Shown: positions 40,128 to 49,333 of the stretch, piece after piece | Layout: every line of letters begins with the position of its first letter | Numbering within the stretch: position 1 is the stretch's first letter | IMG/VR virus record: IMGVR_UViG_3300033148_002355 | Length of the DNA: 64,000 nt | From: an uncultured virus (IMG/VR IMGVR_UViG_3300033148_002355) | Taxonomy: Duplodnaviria; Heunggongvirae; Uroviricota; Caudoviricetes | Direction: 5' to 3' (one strand) | Position numbers and translations under genes: made by a program | The notes under the pieces: model-generated | What the model was told of the DNA's origin: nothing | Database searches by the model: none | Seen by the model: only the letters and a program-made list of their open reading frames with translations

Positions 40128-41579
40128 ATGAGTTGGCAATATTTTAACGATACGGGAATAGTAGGAGGTACAGCTAATATGGCTGACCAAACCTTTTACA
40201 TAGACGCTTATAAGGGAAGTGATTTGAATGTAGGTTCAAACGCTGCCCCATTTCAAACAATTCAGAAGGGATTAGATTCAGCTACTCAAGGAACAGGTCT
40301 TTTATTAGGAGCTGATTTTATCCTAGCAGGTTATTTTGAAGAAGGTGACTGGAACAGTAGTATAGAGGCTGGGTCTTTCATAGCGGAAGGAAGAGTTGTA
40401 ATTAATGGAGTTAACCATCAAACTTTTCAGCCTATTCAATACCAAAGGACTTTCAGAAATTTTTCAATTAATGAAAATAAGTTTAATACTAAGCTTAGAC
40501 GGCACTACGGTAGGCTAGAAATTAAAAACTATACTAACGGTGTTGTATATGGAAATACTAACACTGTACTTGATGCAAATGCAATTAGTAGAATCTTTGA
40601 CTGCGATTTTACTGACTGTACTAAGGTAGGCAAAGAGAATATCGCTAATGGGATAGATGTCGGTTTGTGTGCTTATGTCATGCTTGAGGGGTGTGTATTT
40701 AAGAATATTACAGATATGTTTCTTAGTAATAGGACTAGTGGAGCTAACTCTACTTCCACACAGAATAATACTTTTATTAATTGTAATCTTGTATACTTTA
40801 ATGGAAGCTATCATTCGACTAGGAATTGTTACTTTGATCAACCTACTAAAATTGGTATGATACTGACTACACTTACGGTCAGCGGGTCCTTCAGTAACTG
40901 TCACGTAGAAGGTACTGTTACAGGCAAAATAGCTTTGGGTGCATCATCTTGGGATAATAACGAGCTTGTACCTTATACTGAATGGAATCTTAATGGAAGA
41001 TTAAGCACAGACGCTACTGAGTTTAATGCTTTAACAGCAGGTGATTATACTTATCCGAGTACAGCAATCAATGCAACAGCAGGGTTCGGAGGAACTTACA
41101 TAGGTGCTTATAAAGTTGCCGAGAATGCACAGAATGTAGATAATGTAAACTGGGTTAAGACGAATATTTCTATTTTAGGGGCTGGAGCTTCATCAGTCGC
41201 TTCTTTAACAACACCCGGTACAGGAACTTTAGAAACTACATCAGGAATACAAATACACGCTACTGAAGATATTTGGGTGGGTAAAATTGTTCTTCCTGGG
41301 ATAAGTAATGATTACAACAACGGTCAAACAACAGATACAACAAAAAGTGCTGACGCATCAGCACCACAAAGACTTACTATACAGATCAAAGTAAGTACGG
41401 ATAACGTTACTTATTCAGCAGCTTGGATTGAAGTACCTTATGATGCTATTCCTTATGTGGATGGTTCAGGAGTTGGTTCAGGAGATGCAGCTTTTGTAGA
41501 TGCAACTAAGACTAGAATAACAGCAAGATATATTAAGTATTTGATCACGCTTAGAGATGATGAAGTAACAATACCATAA
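40128..41579 (+). CDS. Putative beta-helix tail spike / receptor-binding protein
   Basis: GSDLNVGSNAAPFQTIQKG (DUF1565-like start) followed by Asn/Cys-ladder repeats (NNTFINC, NCYF, NCHV). Confidence 0.6.
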   Translation: MSWQYFNDTGIVGGTANMADQTFYIDAYKGSDLNVGSNAAPFQTIQKGLDSATQGTGLLLGADFILAGYFEEGDWNSSIEAGSFIAEGRVVINGVNHQTFQPIQYQRTFRNFSINENKFNTKLRRHYGRLEIKNYTNGVVYGNTNTVLDANAISRIFDCDFTDCTKVGKENIANGIDVGLCAYVMLEGCVFKNITDMFLSNRTSGANSTSTQNNTFINCNLVYFNGSYHSTRNCYFDQPTKIGMILTTLTVSGSFSNCHVEGTVTGKIALGASSWDNNELVPYTEWNLNGRLSTDATEFNALTAGDYTYPSTAINATAGFGGTYIGAYKVAENAQNVDNVNWVKTNISILGAGASSVASLTTPGTGTLETTSGIQIHATEDIWVGKIVLPGISNDYNNGQTTDTTKSADASAPQRLTIQIKVSTDNVTYSAAWIEVPYDAIPYVDGSGVGSGDAAFVDATKTRITARYIKYLITLRDDEVTIP

Positions 41580-41589
41580 GATATAAGAG

Positions 41590-41841
41590 ATGGCGGCAAG
41601 TTTTTCAGGAGTTCAAGTACAGTTTGATATTCCATCAGGTTCGTTCTCAGGAGTTCAAACGCAGTTTGATATTCCATCAGGTTCGTTCTCAGGAGTTCAA
41701 GTACAGTTTGATATCCCGTCAGGTTCGTTTTCAGGAGTTCAAACACAGTTTGATATTCCATCAGGTTCGTTTTCAGGAGTTCAAACACAGTTTGATATTC
41801 CTATTACAGGCTTTGCACAAATCATAACAAGATATATATAA
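41590..41841 (+). CDS. Small tandem-repeat protein, (SFSGVQ[V/T]QFDIPSG) x ~5
   Basis: 83-aa ORF; most differences between repeat units are synonymous in this frame. Confidence 0.7.
   Translation: MAASFSGVQVQFDIPSGSFSGVQTQFDIPSGSFSGVQVQFDIPSGSFSGVQTQFDIPSGSFSGVQTQFDIPITGFAQIITRYI
41599..41802 (+). repeat. 42-bp tandem repeat, ~4.9 copies
   Basis: Unit TCGTTCTCAGGAGTTCAAACGCAGTTTGATATTCCATCAGGT; no spacers. Confidence 0.92.
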
Positions 41842-41859
41842 ACAAATAAACAGATCAAA

Positions 41860-42261
41860 ATGAAAACAGAAGCTTTTATACTTATAATAATTGGGGTCGT
41901 TTTGTCGGTTGTAGGTTATCTTTTAAAGGATTTTTTAAAAACGATCAAAGTACAACTAAAAGAACAAGGCGAAAGCATACAATTAATGGTTTTGAGTTTT
42001 AATGACTTCAAGATTGATTTAGTTAAAATTGATGGTACTCTAACTAATATAATAAAAAAGCAAACCGAAGCAGGCAACAACATAAAAGAGGCTAAGAGCT
42101 TGGCTTATGAAAACCAGAATAAAATAGCAGCACACAATAATGAAATAAAAAACTTAAAAGTTAACTTCACGCAATACCATAGTTTAGCACTTGACAACGC
42201 TAACAAGATTAAAAAGATTGAGGATGAAATGTTGGTGCATAAAGCGAAAAACAGTAAGTGA
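41860..42261 (+). CDS. Putative holin/anti-holin-like protein (N-terminal TM plus coiled coil)
   Basis: One N-terminal TM helix; upstream of the endolysin. Confidence 0.5.
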   Translation: MKTEAFILIIIGVVLSVVGYLLKDFLKTIKVQLKEQGESIQLMVLSFNDFKIDLVKIDGTLTNIIKKQTEAGNNIKEAKSLAYENQNKIAAHNNEIKNLKVNFTQYHSLALDNANKIKKIEDEMLVHKAKNSK

Positions 42262-42578
42262 TGAAGGGAAAAAGGTATTTTTTCGGTTGGGACAACATTA
42301 AGTGGGTAATAAGAGAGTTGGTAAGCTTATGTTCTAAAAAGAGGTCTTTTTTTTCTAAGAAAAGAATTGAATCCTCAATAGCTTTTTTAATAGGGCAATG
42401 GGGTATGATTTATTTCTTAGTTCACAGAATTGACATTATGACTACTAGCGAAGTGATATCATGGTCTGCTGTTGAGTTTATAATGGCAGGGTACACAGTA
42501 TCTCAAATACAAAAAGAGAAGAAAAACGATAAAAGAAAAACAGATGATGAACAAACTATCAAAGACATCGGAGGCTAG
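42261..42578 (+). CDS. Putative holin (two TM, basic C-terminus)
   Basis: SKKRIES followed by two hydrophobic segments; overlaps the endolysin start. Confidence 0.55.
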   Translation: MKGKRYFFGWDNIKWVIRELVSLCSKKRSFFSKKRIESSIAFLIGQWGMIYFLVHRIDIMTTSEVISWSAVEFIMAGYTVSQIQKEKKNDKRKTDDEQTIKDIGG

Positions 42579-43008
42579 ATTATACACTTGTGATCCGTAT
42601 ATTCAAAAAGTAATCAGAATAGCAATTAATTTAAGTGTAATTGACTTTGGGGTAGCTCAAGGTGAAAGAACTGTTGCTCAACAAACTGAATATTACAATA
42701 AAGGTAAGAGTAACGTAAACCCTGCCAAATACACTAAAGAACAACTTCCTTTAAAAGGTAAGCATATTACAGACTCAGTGTACACTAAGGCAGGAGCTGT
42801 TGATATATACGCTTACATTAAAGGAAAAGGTGCTAGTTGGGACCATAACCACCTGTGTTATATAGCGGGTGTGATAATGACTGTAGATGCTTCACTTGAA
42901 GGTTTATTAAAATGGGGAGCTAATTGGGACATGGACGGGGAGATTATAACTGATCAAAGATTCGATGATCTTCCTCATTTTGAAATGAAAATAAGAAACA
43001 AAGGATAA
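42544..43008 (+). CDS. Endolysin, M15-family L-Ala-D-Glu peptidase
   Basis: GERTVAQQ, GKH...GAVDI, WGANWD and DLPHFE motifs. Confidence 0.88.
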   Translation: MMNKLSKTSEARLYTCDPYIQKVIRIAINLSVIDFGVAQGERTVAQQTEYYNKGKSNVNPAKYTKEQLPLKGKHITDSVYTKAGAVDIYAYIKGKGASWDHNHLCYIAGVIMTVDASLEGLLKWGANWDMDGEIITDQRFDDLPHFEMKIRNKG

Positions 43009-43097
43009 TGAGAGACTTAACGCTTAAAGTGATGTTTGCTATATTCACGTTAGGAATACTATTTGCATTAGCTGTTCCGTTTTTCGATAAACAATGA
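43008..43097 (+). CDS. 29-aa single-TM peptide in the lysis cassette (not in ORF track)
   Basis: MRDLTLKVMFAIFTLGILFALAVPFFDKQ*; TAATG overlap upstream and ATGA overlap downstream. Confidence 0.6.
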   Translation: MRDLTLKVMFAIFTLGILFALAVPFFDKQ

Positions 43098-43681
43098 AAG
43101 ATTACAGGCACATTCTTATTTACATAGCATTAGCTGTGGTTACTATACTCTATTTAAGGAGCTGTAACAAGACTTCTAGTGTTGAAACAACAGTTACTAC
43201 CATCGTGGACAGTACGTACACTGTAGGGGTCGTACACGACACTGTAGAGGTTGAAAGGATTGTTCGTGAGATTAGGTGGTTAAAACCTGAAAAGGAATAC
43301 TTAACTGTACACGATACTATATATGGTGACAGTGTTAACATATTTACAACGCTATACAGCGACTCTTTAATAGAGGGTGAGGTATTAACCGTATGCACTG
43401 GAGAAGTGTTGTCTACGGATCTTAAATACACCGCTAAATTTCCTAAGTACATTACTAGTGTAGATACTTTACGTATTAATAAAGAAACTACTATTACAAA
43501 GTCTAAGTGGGGATTATATGCCGGAGCAATAATCGGGGGGAACGCTACTAAGTTTAGTATAGCACCTTCATTACTTCTTAAAACAAATAAAGGGTTACAG
43601 TTCAGTGCTGGGTACGGCCTTATAGATAAGACTTATAATTTTGGTATATTTACAGTAATTAAGAACCCATTTAAAAGATAA
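43094..43681 (+). CDS. Putative spanin-like lysis protein
   Basis: Signal/TM segment ending LRSC, then DT-rich repeats and a C-terminal beta-strand domain (WGLYAG...AGYG); downstream of the endolysin. Confidence 0.6.
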   Translation: MKDYRHILIYIALAVVTILYLRSCNKTSSVETTVTTIVDSTYTVGVVHDTVEVERIVREIRWLKPEKEYLTVHDTIYGDSVNIFTTLYSDSLIEGEVLTVCTGEVLSTDLKYTAKFPKYITSVDTLRINKETTITKSKWGLYAGAIIGGNATKFSIAPSLLLKTNKGLQFSAGYGLIDKTYNFGIFTVIKNPFKR

Positions 43682-43685
43682 TATT

Positions 43686-43943
43686 ATGCATGGAGTAGAA
43701 TCAAAAGCAATGCCAATACAAGGACCATCTAAAGGTAAGTGTCCTTATGAGAACTTAAAGTTAGCTCCTACAGACAATGGACATAAGGTTACTTATTACG
43801 AACTTTCTTCTTCTGTTGGGTGCAGTATGCATGATCATAGAGAGATGGATCATAAGGAGTTTGTATTTGAAGCTGACAACTTAAAAGGAGCTGTTTCTAA
43901 ATACGAAGAGATTTGTAAGTGTATGAAAGAGTATACTGTGTAA
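43686..43943 (+). CDS. Hypothetical protein
   Basis: 85 aa; last + strand gene. Confidence 0.65.
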   Translation: MHGVESKAMPIQGPSKGKCPYENLKLAPTDNGHKVTYYELSSSVGCSMHDHREMDHKEFVFEADNLKGAVSKYEEICKCMKEYTV

Positions 43944-43978
43944 AAAGAAAATGAGAGGAAATCACGCCTCTCATCTTT
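43942..43978. terminator. Terminator between the convergent late and early blocks
   Basis: AAAAAGAAA-ATGAGAGG-AAATCACG-CCTCTCAT-CTTT. Confidence 0.6.
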
Positions 43979-44022
43979 AACCACATAACAATTTAAATCA
44001 AACTACGGTTTGAGTCTGTAAG

Positions 44023-44505
44023 TTACAGTTTTTTAATTATCCTTTCATAATATTCTTGAAACTTTTTATCTGTTTCTAGTAAATCAACAACACTATTCCT
44101 GTGAGCGAATATGGTGTACCTTGACATGTTAAGGTACGATCCTAGTGTGTCAATTCTTCCTTTTTTGAATATATGACAGAATACTTTCCTAGCATCTACT
44201 ACATCAGCCTTTGCTCTATCGTGAGCTGGGCTCTTTTTATCTCTTAAGTTGTCCTTTTTAAAGAACTTCTCCTTGCTTACACCTGTTATTTCTAAGAACT
44301 TATCTATGACGCTGTTCATGTGTATGAATAACTCTAGGTCTTTCTTTACCCTAGTCATCCTGTCATCAATAACTTCGTGACTCTTTTGGTGCACTGCGTA
44401 AGAACATTGCTTATCGCTTATTACACTTAATTTCCTTTTAATATCGTGAGCTGTAGATATTATTTTATCTAAAGCTTTATTTGTTTTCTCCCGGTTATTA
44501 TTCAT
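44023..44505 (-). CDS. Protein with DnaA C-terminal-like HTH domain
   Basis: VVDARKVFCHI...LGSYLNMSRYTIFAHRNSVVDLLETDKKF resembles DnaA domain IV. Confidence 0.55.
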   Translation of the reverse strand: MNNNREKTNKALDKIISTAHDIKRKLSVISDKQCSYAVHQKSHEVIDDRMTRVKKDLELFIHMNSVIDKFLEITGVSKEKFFKKDNLRDKKSPAHDRAKADVVDARKVFCHIFKKGRIDTLGSYLNMSRYTIFAHRNSVVDLLETDKKFQEYYERIIKKL

Positions 44506-44523
44506 GATTTAATTGTTAGTGGT

Positions 44524-44557
44524 AAAAAAAGGACTGCAGTTGTGTACAGTCCTTTTT
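44524..44557 (-). terminator. Intrinsic terminator
   Basis: AAAAAAAGGACTG-CAGTTGTGTA-CAGTCCTTTTT. Confidence 0.75.
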
Positions 44558-44577
44558 AATTGTTTAGTTGTTAATAC

Positions 44578-44937
44578 TTAATCTTCAAACGGATCACTAT
44601 CATCCTGATCTTCTTCTTGTTCATCGTCGTCAGTGTCAGCATCTGTTAAGTTCATGCTTTCCGGAGCTACATACTCTTTTTTAACTTCTGCGGGAGGAAC
44701 AACCTCTTCTTCAACAGGTGCATTATTAGCCTCTGGAACGTTATGAACTGTGAACTTACCATTTTCACCAATACCATAATCAAGAGTAATAGAGAGTCCT
44801 GTAATAGAGCATAGCTTAGTTAATCTATTCAAGTATCCAACACCTTTAGCATCGTCAGGAGTCTTACCTTTACGTTCGCATATTAGTTCGAAAGCTTCCC
44901 TTTCGTCCTCTTTGATGTTACCTTTTATGTTTGCCAT
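44578..44937 (-). CDS. Hypothetical protein with acidic tail
   Basis: 119 aa ending DDSDPFED. Confidence 0.7.
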   Translation of the reverse strand: MANIKGNIKEDEREAFELICERKGKTPDDAKGVGYLNRLTKLCSITGLSITLDYGIGENGKFTVHNVPEANNAPVEEEVVPPAEVKKEYVAPESMNLTDADTDDDEQEEDQDDSDPFED

Positions 44938-44946
44938 ATCTGTTGA

Positions 44947-45354
44947 CTAAAAAGGATCTTCATCTTCAGCTACTGTAGTCGCTTGGTTTGACTCAGGTAT
45001 TTCTTCTTGCTCAGTAGGAACCTCTACTGCTACACCTTCAGCTGTAGTGTCTTCAAACACTTCAAAGTTCTTATACTCTCTTCCTCCAGTTTTAGATTTA
45101 ACTTTACCTAGATACTTAACCATTACATAAGCACCGAAGCTTACTTTAGCTAATTGATCATCAATTACCATTGACCCCCAGAAGACTTTTTCTTCACCGT
45201 CTTCACCTTTGATAGTGTGAATAGTTGATTTACCTTCTGAACCTTGGTCTGCCAGAGAGCTCATTAAGTATCCCTCTACTGAGTCATCTACTTTTTCAAA
45301 ACTTACATTGACTGTTTTACCAGATCCTTTTTTACTTTCCCATTGTCTTCCCAT
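44947..45354 (-). CDS. Putative single-stranded DNA-binding protein
   Basis: OB-fold-like beta pattern with acidic tail ending EDEDPF. Confidence 0.6.
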   Translation of the reverse strand: MGRQWESKKGSGKTVNVSFEKVDDSVEGYLMSSLADQGSEGKSTIHTIKGEDGEEKVFWGSMVIDDQLAKVSFGAYVMVKYLGKVKSKTGGREYKNFEVFEDTTAEGVAVEVPTEQEEIPESNQATTVAEDEDPF

Positions 45355-45394
45355 GATACTTTAATTTAAATTATTAATTATTAATTATTATTGA

Positions 45395-45661
45395 TTACTT
45401 TTTACTTAATACAATTTCTGCCCTTACATTCTTTATCCTTTTCTTAAACACTGCTACCTTTCTTTCTAGCTCTAAACACGCTTTAGCTGCCCTTAGAGAC
45501 TCGTTACCATTATTTTGATACTCTAGTGTAGCACATGACTCAGATAGCACTCCTAGTATATCTACAATGTCACTCAAGCATGCTGTTTCTTCATTGAAGG
45601 GCTTGTTTACAAATTGGATAACATCTCTGGAAAATAGTTCTCTTTTCTTTACTTCTCCCAC
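45395..45661 (-). CDS. Hypothetical protein
   Basis: 88-aa helical ORF. Confidence 0.65.
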   Translation of the reverse strand: MGEVKKRELFSRDVIQFVNKPFNEETACLSDIVDILGVLSESCATLEYQNNGNESLRAAKACLELERKVAVFKKRIKNVRAEIVLSKK

Positions 45662-46410
45662 GATGGTTTCTTAGGGAATGTATCATTTAAGAACATGATA
45701 ACTACATTAGTTAATCCGCTGTCAGCAACTGCGAAGAATGTAGCTTTGTGTAGCTTAGCTTCTAATGACTCTCTGGAACGTCTTCTGTACACTAATCTAT
45801 TAGGAGTGAATCTACCTCTTTTCTTGTAATGGTTACAATATAGCGACTTGTATATCAAGCCTCCTTTAAACTCTTCTAAATAATAAAGCTCTCTTAGCTT
45901 AAGGAAGTCTTTTTTATTGATTGGAAAAGGAGCGTGAGTATTGAAGTACTTATCTTTTCTTTTGTAGTTTTTTAGTATCTTTCTTGTGTTGGTTAAACCT
46001 GCCACTGATACTGATATTTGATTCCTGTATCCTAATATCCTTTCTTCTAATGTGCCGGAGTAATACAAAGGTATACTGTTAGCATCTTGGTTCTCTAAAA
46101 GGAAACAATCATCACTTACAAGTATGAAGTCATCTGATACATCTTTGTTTTTACAAACAACATCTATTAAAGCGTGTTTTCTCACCATATTATTCTCTCC
46201 TTCAACTGGAGGTGTAACATGATGCTTAATAGTAGCTGTTGCTTTAACTACTGTAGACATGTCAGATCCAAATATATGAATCTTCCTGTAGTTCTTTAAA
46301 TGCTTTTTGATTGACCTTAAAGAGAATGCTAATTCTAAGTTAGCTCTTTTGCTCCTGTTGTCCATGATGTAAACTACATCAATAGTCTTTTTACTTTTTT
46401 CTGTTGTCAT
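45649..46410 (-). CDS. Stealth-like sugar-phosphotransferase/glycosyltransferase
   Basis: IDVVYI (CR1-like), ELAFSLRSIKKH and DDFILVSDD (CR2-like), THAPFPI; promoter box TATATTTG at 46439-46432. Confidence 0.65.
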   Translation of the reverse strand: MTTEKSKKTIDVVYIMDNRSKRANLELAFSLRSIKKHLKNYRKIHIFGSDMSTVVKATATIKHHVTPPVEGENNMVRKHALIDVVCKNKDVSDDFILVSDDCFLLENQDANSIPLYYSGTLEERILGYRNQISVSVAGLTNTRKILKNYKRKDKYFNTHAPFPINKKDFLKLRELYYLEEFKGGLIYKSLYCNHYKKRGRFTPNRLVYRRRSRESLEAKLHKATFFAVADSGLTNVVIMFLNDTFPKKPSWEK

Positions 46411-46483
46411 AATCTTCTGTGTTTCTGTTTTCAAATATATGTATTACGAGGAGACTTGCAATAAAATTAAGATATCTTAACAA

Positions 46484-46777
46484 TTAAGACAATTTACCTT
46501 CTCCTTTGAATCCATTAGTAACGATGTCAACTCTTTCTTTGAAAGTCGCAACGGGCTCTGCTATCTTAATAGCTTTTACCTCTATTTCACCTTTGGAGTT
46601 CTTATCTCTCATATAAACGATAGTAAGGTCTGATCTAAAAGCTACCTTTTCTCTGTCGCTCTTATACCATTCTCTAAATGATTTAATCTCATCTAACCTA
46701 ATCATCTCTGCTCCTGCTGTTAACTCCCCTTGTTTGTTCTTGATTACCTTGTTTACTGTTATGAAGCTTACTTTCAT
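46484..46777 (-). CDS. Hypothetical protein
   Basis: 97-aa ORF. Confidence 0.65.
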   Translation of the reverse strand: MKVSFITVNKVIKNKQGELTAGAEMIRLDEIKSFREWYKSDREKVAFRSDLTIVYMRDKNSKGEIEVKAIKIAEPVATFKERVDIVTNGFKGEGKLS

Positions 46778-46802
46778 TTTTCGTTATCTTTTAATTGTTT
46801 GA

Positions 46803-47510
46803 CTAAGTTAGCAAATTTTGTTGTATGGGACCTACTTCCTTTATAAATTCAGTTAAGGTTCTAGCAGTGTATGTTCTTGGTTTACTAGGCTTCTGTCCTT
46901 TCTTCTTTTTAACCTTACTCTTAGGGTTAGTTAAACTAGTGAGTGTACGAGTTTGTTTACCTCCATCTGTCATAAAGTATCGTTGAGGTATAAAGGTGTC
47001 CCTAAACAGCTTAATAGGTACTATCTTTTGAACATATATCTTTAAGTTTTGCCATGCCATTTTTTGTTTATAAGGGAATGAGAATTGAGAGAAGTTACCT
47101 CTACTAGCTCCCATTGCATGATCACCTTTAACATCTATTAAACAAGTAGCTGTTATACCGTCAAATTCAGCACCCATGAAGTAAGGTCTTTTGTTACACG
47201 ATCTGCCGTTAATGAATACACCTTCAGCTTTAGGGGTCCAGTTAATTTCAAAATCAGGAGTATAAGTACTTTCTGCAAATAAGTGATGTTCCTTTTCCTT
47301 AACTCCTGTTTTCTTTTGTTCAAACCAAGGAACTTTAACTTCGTTCATTAGTATGAGTTTCCTTTTTTCGTAAGAATAAGATTCTACATATCCTGCTTGT
47401 ATTAGTTCATCTAACCACCAGGAAAGGTATAACTCCTCCCAACTTCTGTATTTACCTCCGCTAAGTACTCGTAGTAACTCTTTACGTGCTTCTGCTTCTT
47501 TTGATGCCAT
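46803..47510 (-). CDS. PD-(D/E)xK endonuclease (T7 endonuclease I/DUF1064-like resolvase)
   Basis: YRSWEE...YTPDF...IDVKG. Confidence 0.7.
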   Translation of the reverse strand: MASKEAEARKELLRVLSGGKYRSWEELYLSWWLDELIQAGYVESYSYEKRKLILMNEVKVPWFEQKKTGVKEKEHHLFAESTYTPDFEINWTPKAEGVFINGRSCNKRPYFMGAEFDGITATCLIDVKGDHAMGASRGNFSQFSFPYKQKMAWQNLKIYVQKIVPIKLFRDTFIPQRYFMTDGGKQTRTLTSLTNPKSKVKKKKGQKPSKPRTYTARTLTEFIKEVGPIQQNLLT

Positions 47511-47512
47511 AA

Positions 47513-48469
47513 TTAATAATTAAATATATTTGGTTTGTTTTTATTTCTTTTATCATATATCGGTTTACTACCGAACTCTCCACTGTACCTTTTAGATACT
47601 CCTTCAATAGTTGTACACATTTCACCGTACATATCTTTTGATATACTATGGTTTTTAGTTATTAGTTGTTTTATTTGTTCTTCGTATACTCCCGCCCTAT
47701 TTAATATACACGCCATTTTATGAATATAGTTATTCCTATTATTCACTGCGTAATGCTCTCCTTTGTTATCTAACCATCCTTTAGCTACATTCCAAATGAA
47801 ACCCAAATCATAAGACACTTCATCTTGATTATGATTACTTGGAACCACTACAACCCTTTCCTTTAAAGCTTGTTCGTAGGACTCTACATCTACATTGAAG
47901 CATATATAGTCCTTATTAACGTATATATCTGGATCGTAAGAGATGTAACATAACCTACTGACGTTCTTACCACTCTTATCAACTTCTTGCCCGTACATGT
48001 CTTCTACGTACTTCTTAAGTTGTGAAAAGGAAGCTGTTTTATGATATTCCGGGGGAGCATCAACCTCATATAGTAACTTAATACCACCTGAAGGACTCAT
48101 AAAACAAGCATATAAGAATACATCATCTTTACACTCCTTTTTAATTGCTTGTACTTCTTTAGGTTTAAGGTTGTCTATGTCAATTACAATAAGACCTGAA
48201 TAGTCTAGTAAATGATTATCTCGTTTACTAATGAGTTCAAAACATCCTTTCTTCTTAACGTATGCTTTTTTTAGTTCAAAGGTTCCGGACCATGTAACTG
48301 CAGGTAGGTCTTTTTTAAGTTCACTCTTAGCTACTTTAGTTTTACAGTCCCTGACCTCTTGTATGGGTTCTTTCCACTTACCACTCTGTATGTTATTGAG
48401 CACCGATTGAACATCTACGTATTCTGTAGATTTGTTATCGAAACTATTTTTGTACATGGAGCAGTTCAT
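47513..48469 (-). CDS. BT4734/VirE_N-like primase with PriCT-like C-terminus
   Basis: LPAVTWSGTF, YSGLIVIDID, FMSPSGGIK, DKSGKNVSRLCYISYDP and NNRNNYI. Confidence 0.8.
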   Translation of the reverse strand: MNCSMYKNSFDNKSTEYVDVQSVLNNIQSGKWKEPIQEVRDCKTKVAKSELKKDLPAVTWSGTFELKKAYVKKKGCFELISKRDNHLLDYSGLIVIDIDNLKPKEVQAIKKECKDDVFLYACFMSPSGGIKLLYEVDAPPEYHKTASFSQLKKYVEDMYGQEVDKSGKNVSRLCYISYDPDIYVNKDYICFNVDVESYEQALKERVVVVPSNHNQDEVSYDLGFIWNVAKGWLDNKGEHYAVNNRNNYIHKMACILNRAGVYEEQIKQLITKNHSISKDMYGEMCTTIEGVSKRYSGEFGSKPIYDKRNKNKPNIFNY

Positions 48470-48744
48470 TTACCTTCTCTTATTATTTTAATACCAGCAT
48501 CTTCTATCTTTTTCATCCTAGCATCGAACTCCTCTTTATCTTTAAGATTTTCAGAATAAACTATCTCTTTAGTTTTAGTGTTGTAAATACAGATAGCTGA
48601 GTCATTAGGGTCCCAATTGTCAGCTCCGCAAACAAGGTCTGAAACTCGTAGGTGTTCAACAATAGTAATAGAGTCGCAGTCTGGTATAAGGTGCTCGTTC
48701 CCTTCAACAGGCATATCTATACCGTTAATTTGCATTAAATTCAT
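48466..48744 (-). CDS. Hypothetical protein
   Basis: 92 aa; coupled to neighbours. Confidence 0.6.
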   Translation of the reverse strand: MNLMQINGIDMPVEGNEHLIPDCDSITIVEHLRVSDLVCGADNWDPNDSAICIYNTKTKEIVYSENLKDKEEFDARMKKIEDAGIKIIREGK

Positions 48745-49148
48745 ATCCCTATCATTTTAAGTACTTGTTTCAATTCGCTTTTGTTTTTGATAGTGCCGTT
48801 AAACAAACAAGCTAATTGCCCTATCTGATTTGACTTGAACACTCTCAATATATTCTCTGAGGTGTGTAGCATAGTGTACTCTTCTTTTATATAAAAAGTA
48901 AACAATTCTTCTCCATCGTCAGACTGTCCAAAACATCCTTCAGGTTTTAATCCCCACCCCAAACTCTCAATATCCTCACGGTCTAGGTGTTTGACTCTGA
49001 CAGTATCTTCTAAAGAAAGAATAGATTGGTCTTTAGAGAAAGTTTCTTTTAACCATTCTCCATCTAAACCTTCAATCCCCCAAAGAGCTTCATACTCAAA
49101 CCCAACGTGGAACTCCGAATTTTCGGGCGTATAATATTTACTTTCCAT
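48741..49148 (-). CDS. Hypothetical protein (MESKYYTP...EFHVGFEYE)
   Basis: ATG at 49148 within the track ORF. Confidence 0.7.
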   Translation of the reverse strand: MESKYYTPENSEFHVGFEYEALWGIEGLDGEWLKETFSKDQSILSLEDTVRVKHLDREDIESLGWGLKPEGCFGQSDDGEELFTFYIKEEYTMLHTSENILRVFKSNQIGQLACLFNGTIKNKSELKQVLKMIGI

Positions 49149-49150
49149 AA

Positions 49151-49333
49151 TCAATCTACTTTTACAATTTTACCTGTTACTTTACCGTTTTCATATATCT
49201 TAAATATCGCGGGAGTATCATCAGGAATATGTTCAAACTTTTTATCAAACACTTCTTCAGCGTCTTCTTTTTTCATAAAGACGTACCTGGGATAACTACC
49301 CTTACCCATTGCTTTAATTAAACTATCAAACAT
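49151..49333 (-). CDS. Hypothetical protein
   Basis: 60 aa; coupled to the clamp gene. Confidence 0.55.
   Translation of the reverse strand: MFDSLIKAMGKGSYPRYVFMKKEDAEEVFDKKFEHIPDDTPAIFKIYENGKVTGKIVKVD

Noticed and set aside
41599..41802. CRISPR array
   Set aside because: Repeat units are contiguous with no unique spacers, and they encode an in-frame peptide repeat.
29939..41841. Diversity-generating retroelement targeting tail fibres
   Set aside because: No reverse transcriptase motif and no TR/VR pair differing only at adenines was seen.
5732..43452. Short antisense or alternate-frame ORFs in the track that overlap structural genes (e.g. 5732-5920, 8699-8935, 24618-24863, 36510-36872, 41453-41788)
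   Set aside because: They are nested in or overlap long coding genes and have shadow-ORF composition.
1758..43943. Stop-codon reassignment as in some crAss-like phages
   Set aside because: Long ORFs are intact in the standard code, TAG and TGA end genes at sensible boundaries (8407, 11081, 29891, 37143), and the tRNA is Gln(TTG), not a suppressor.
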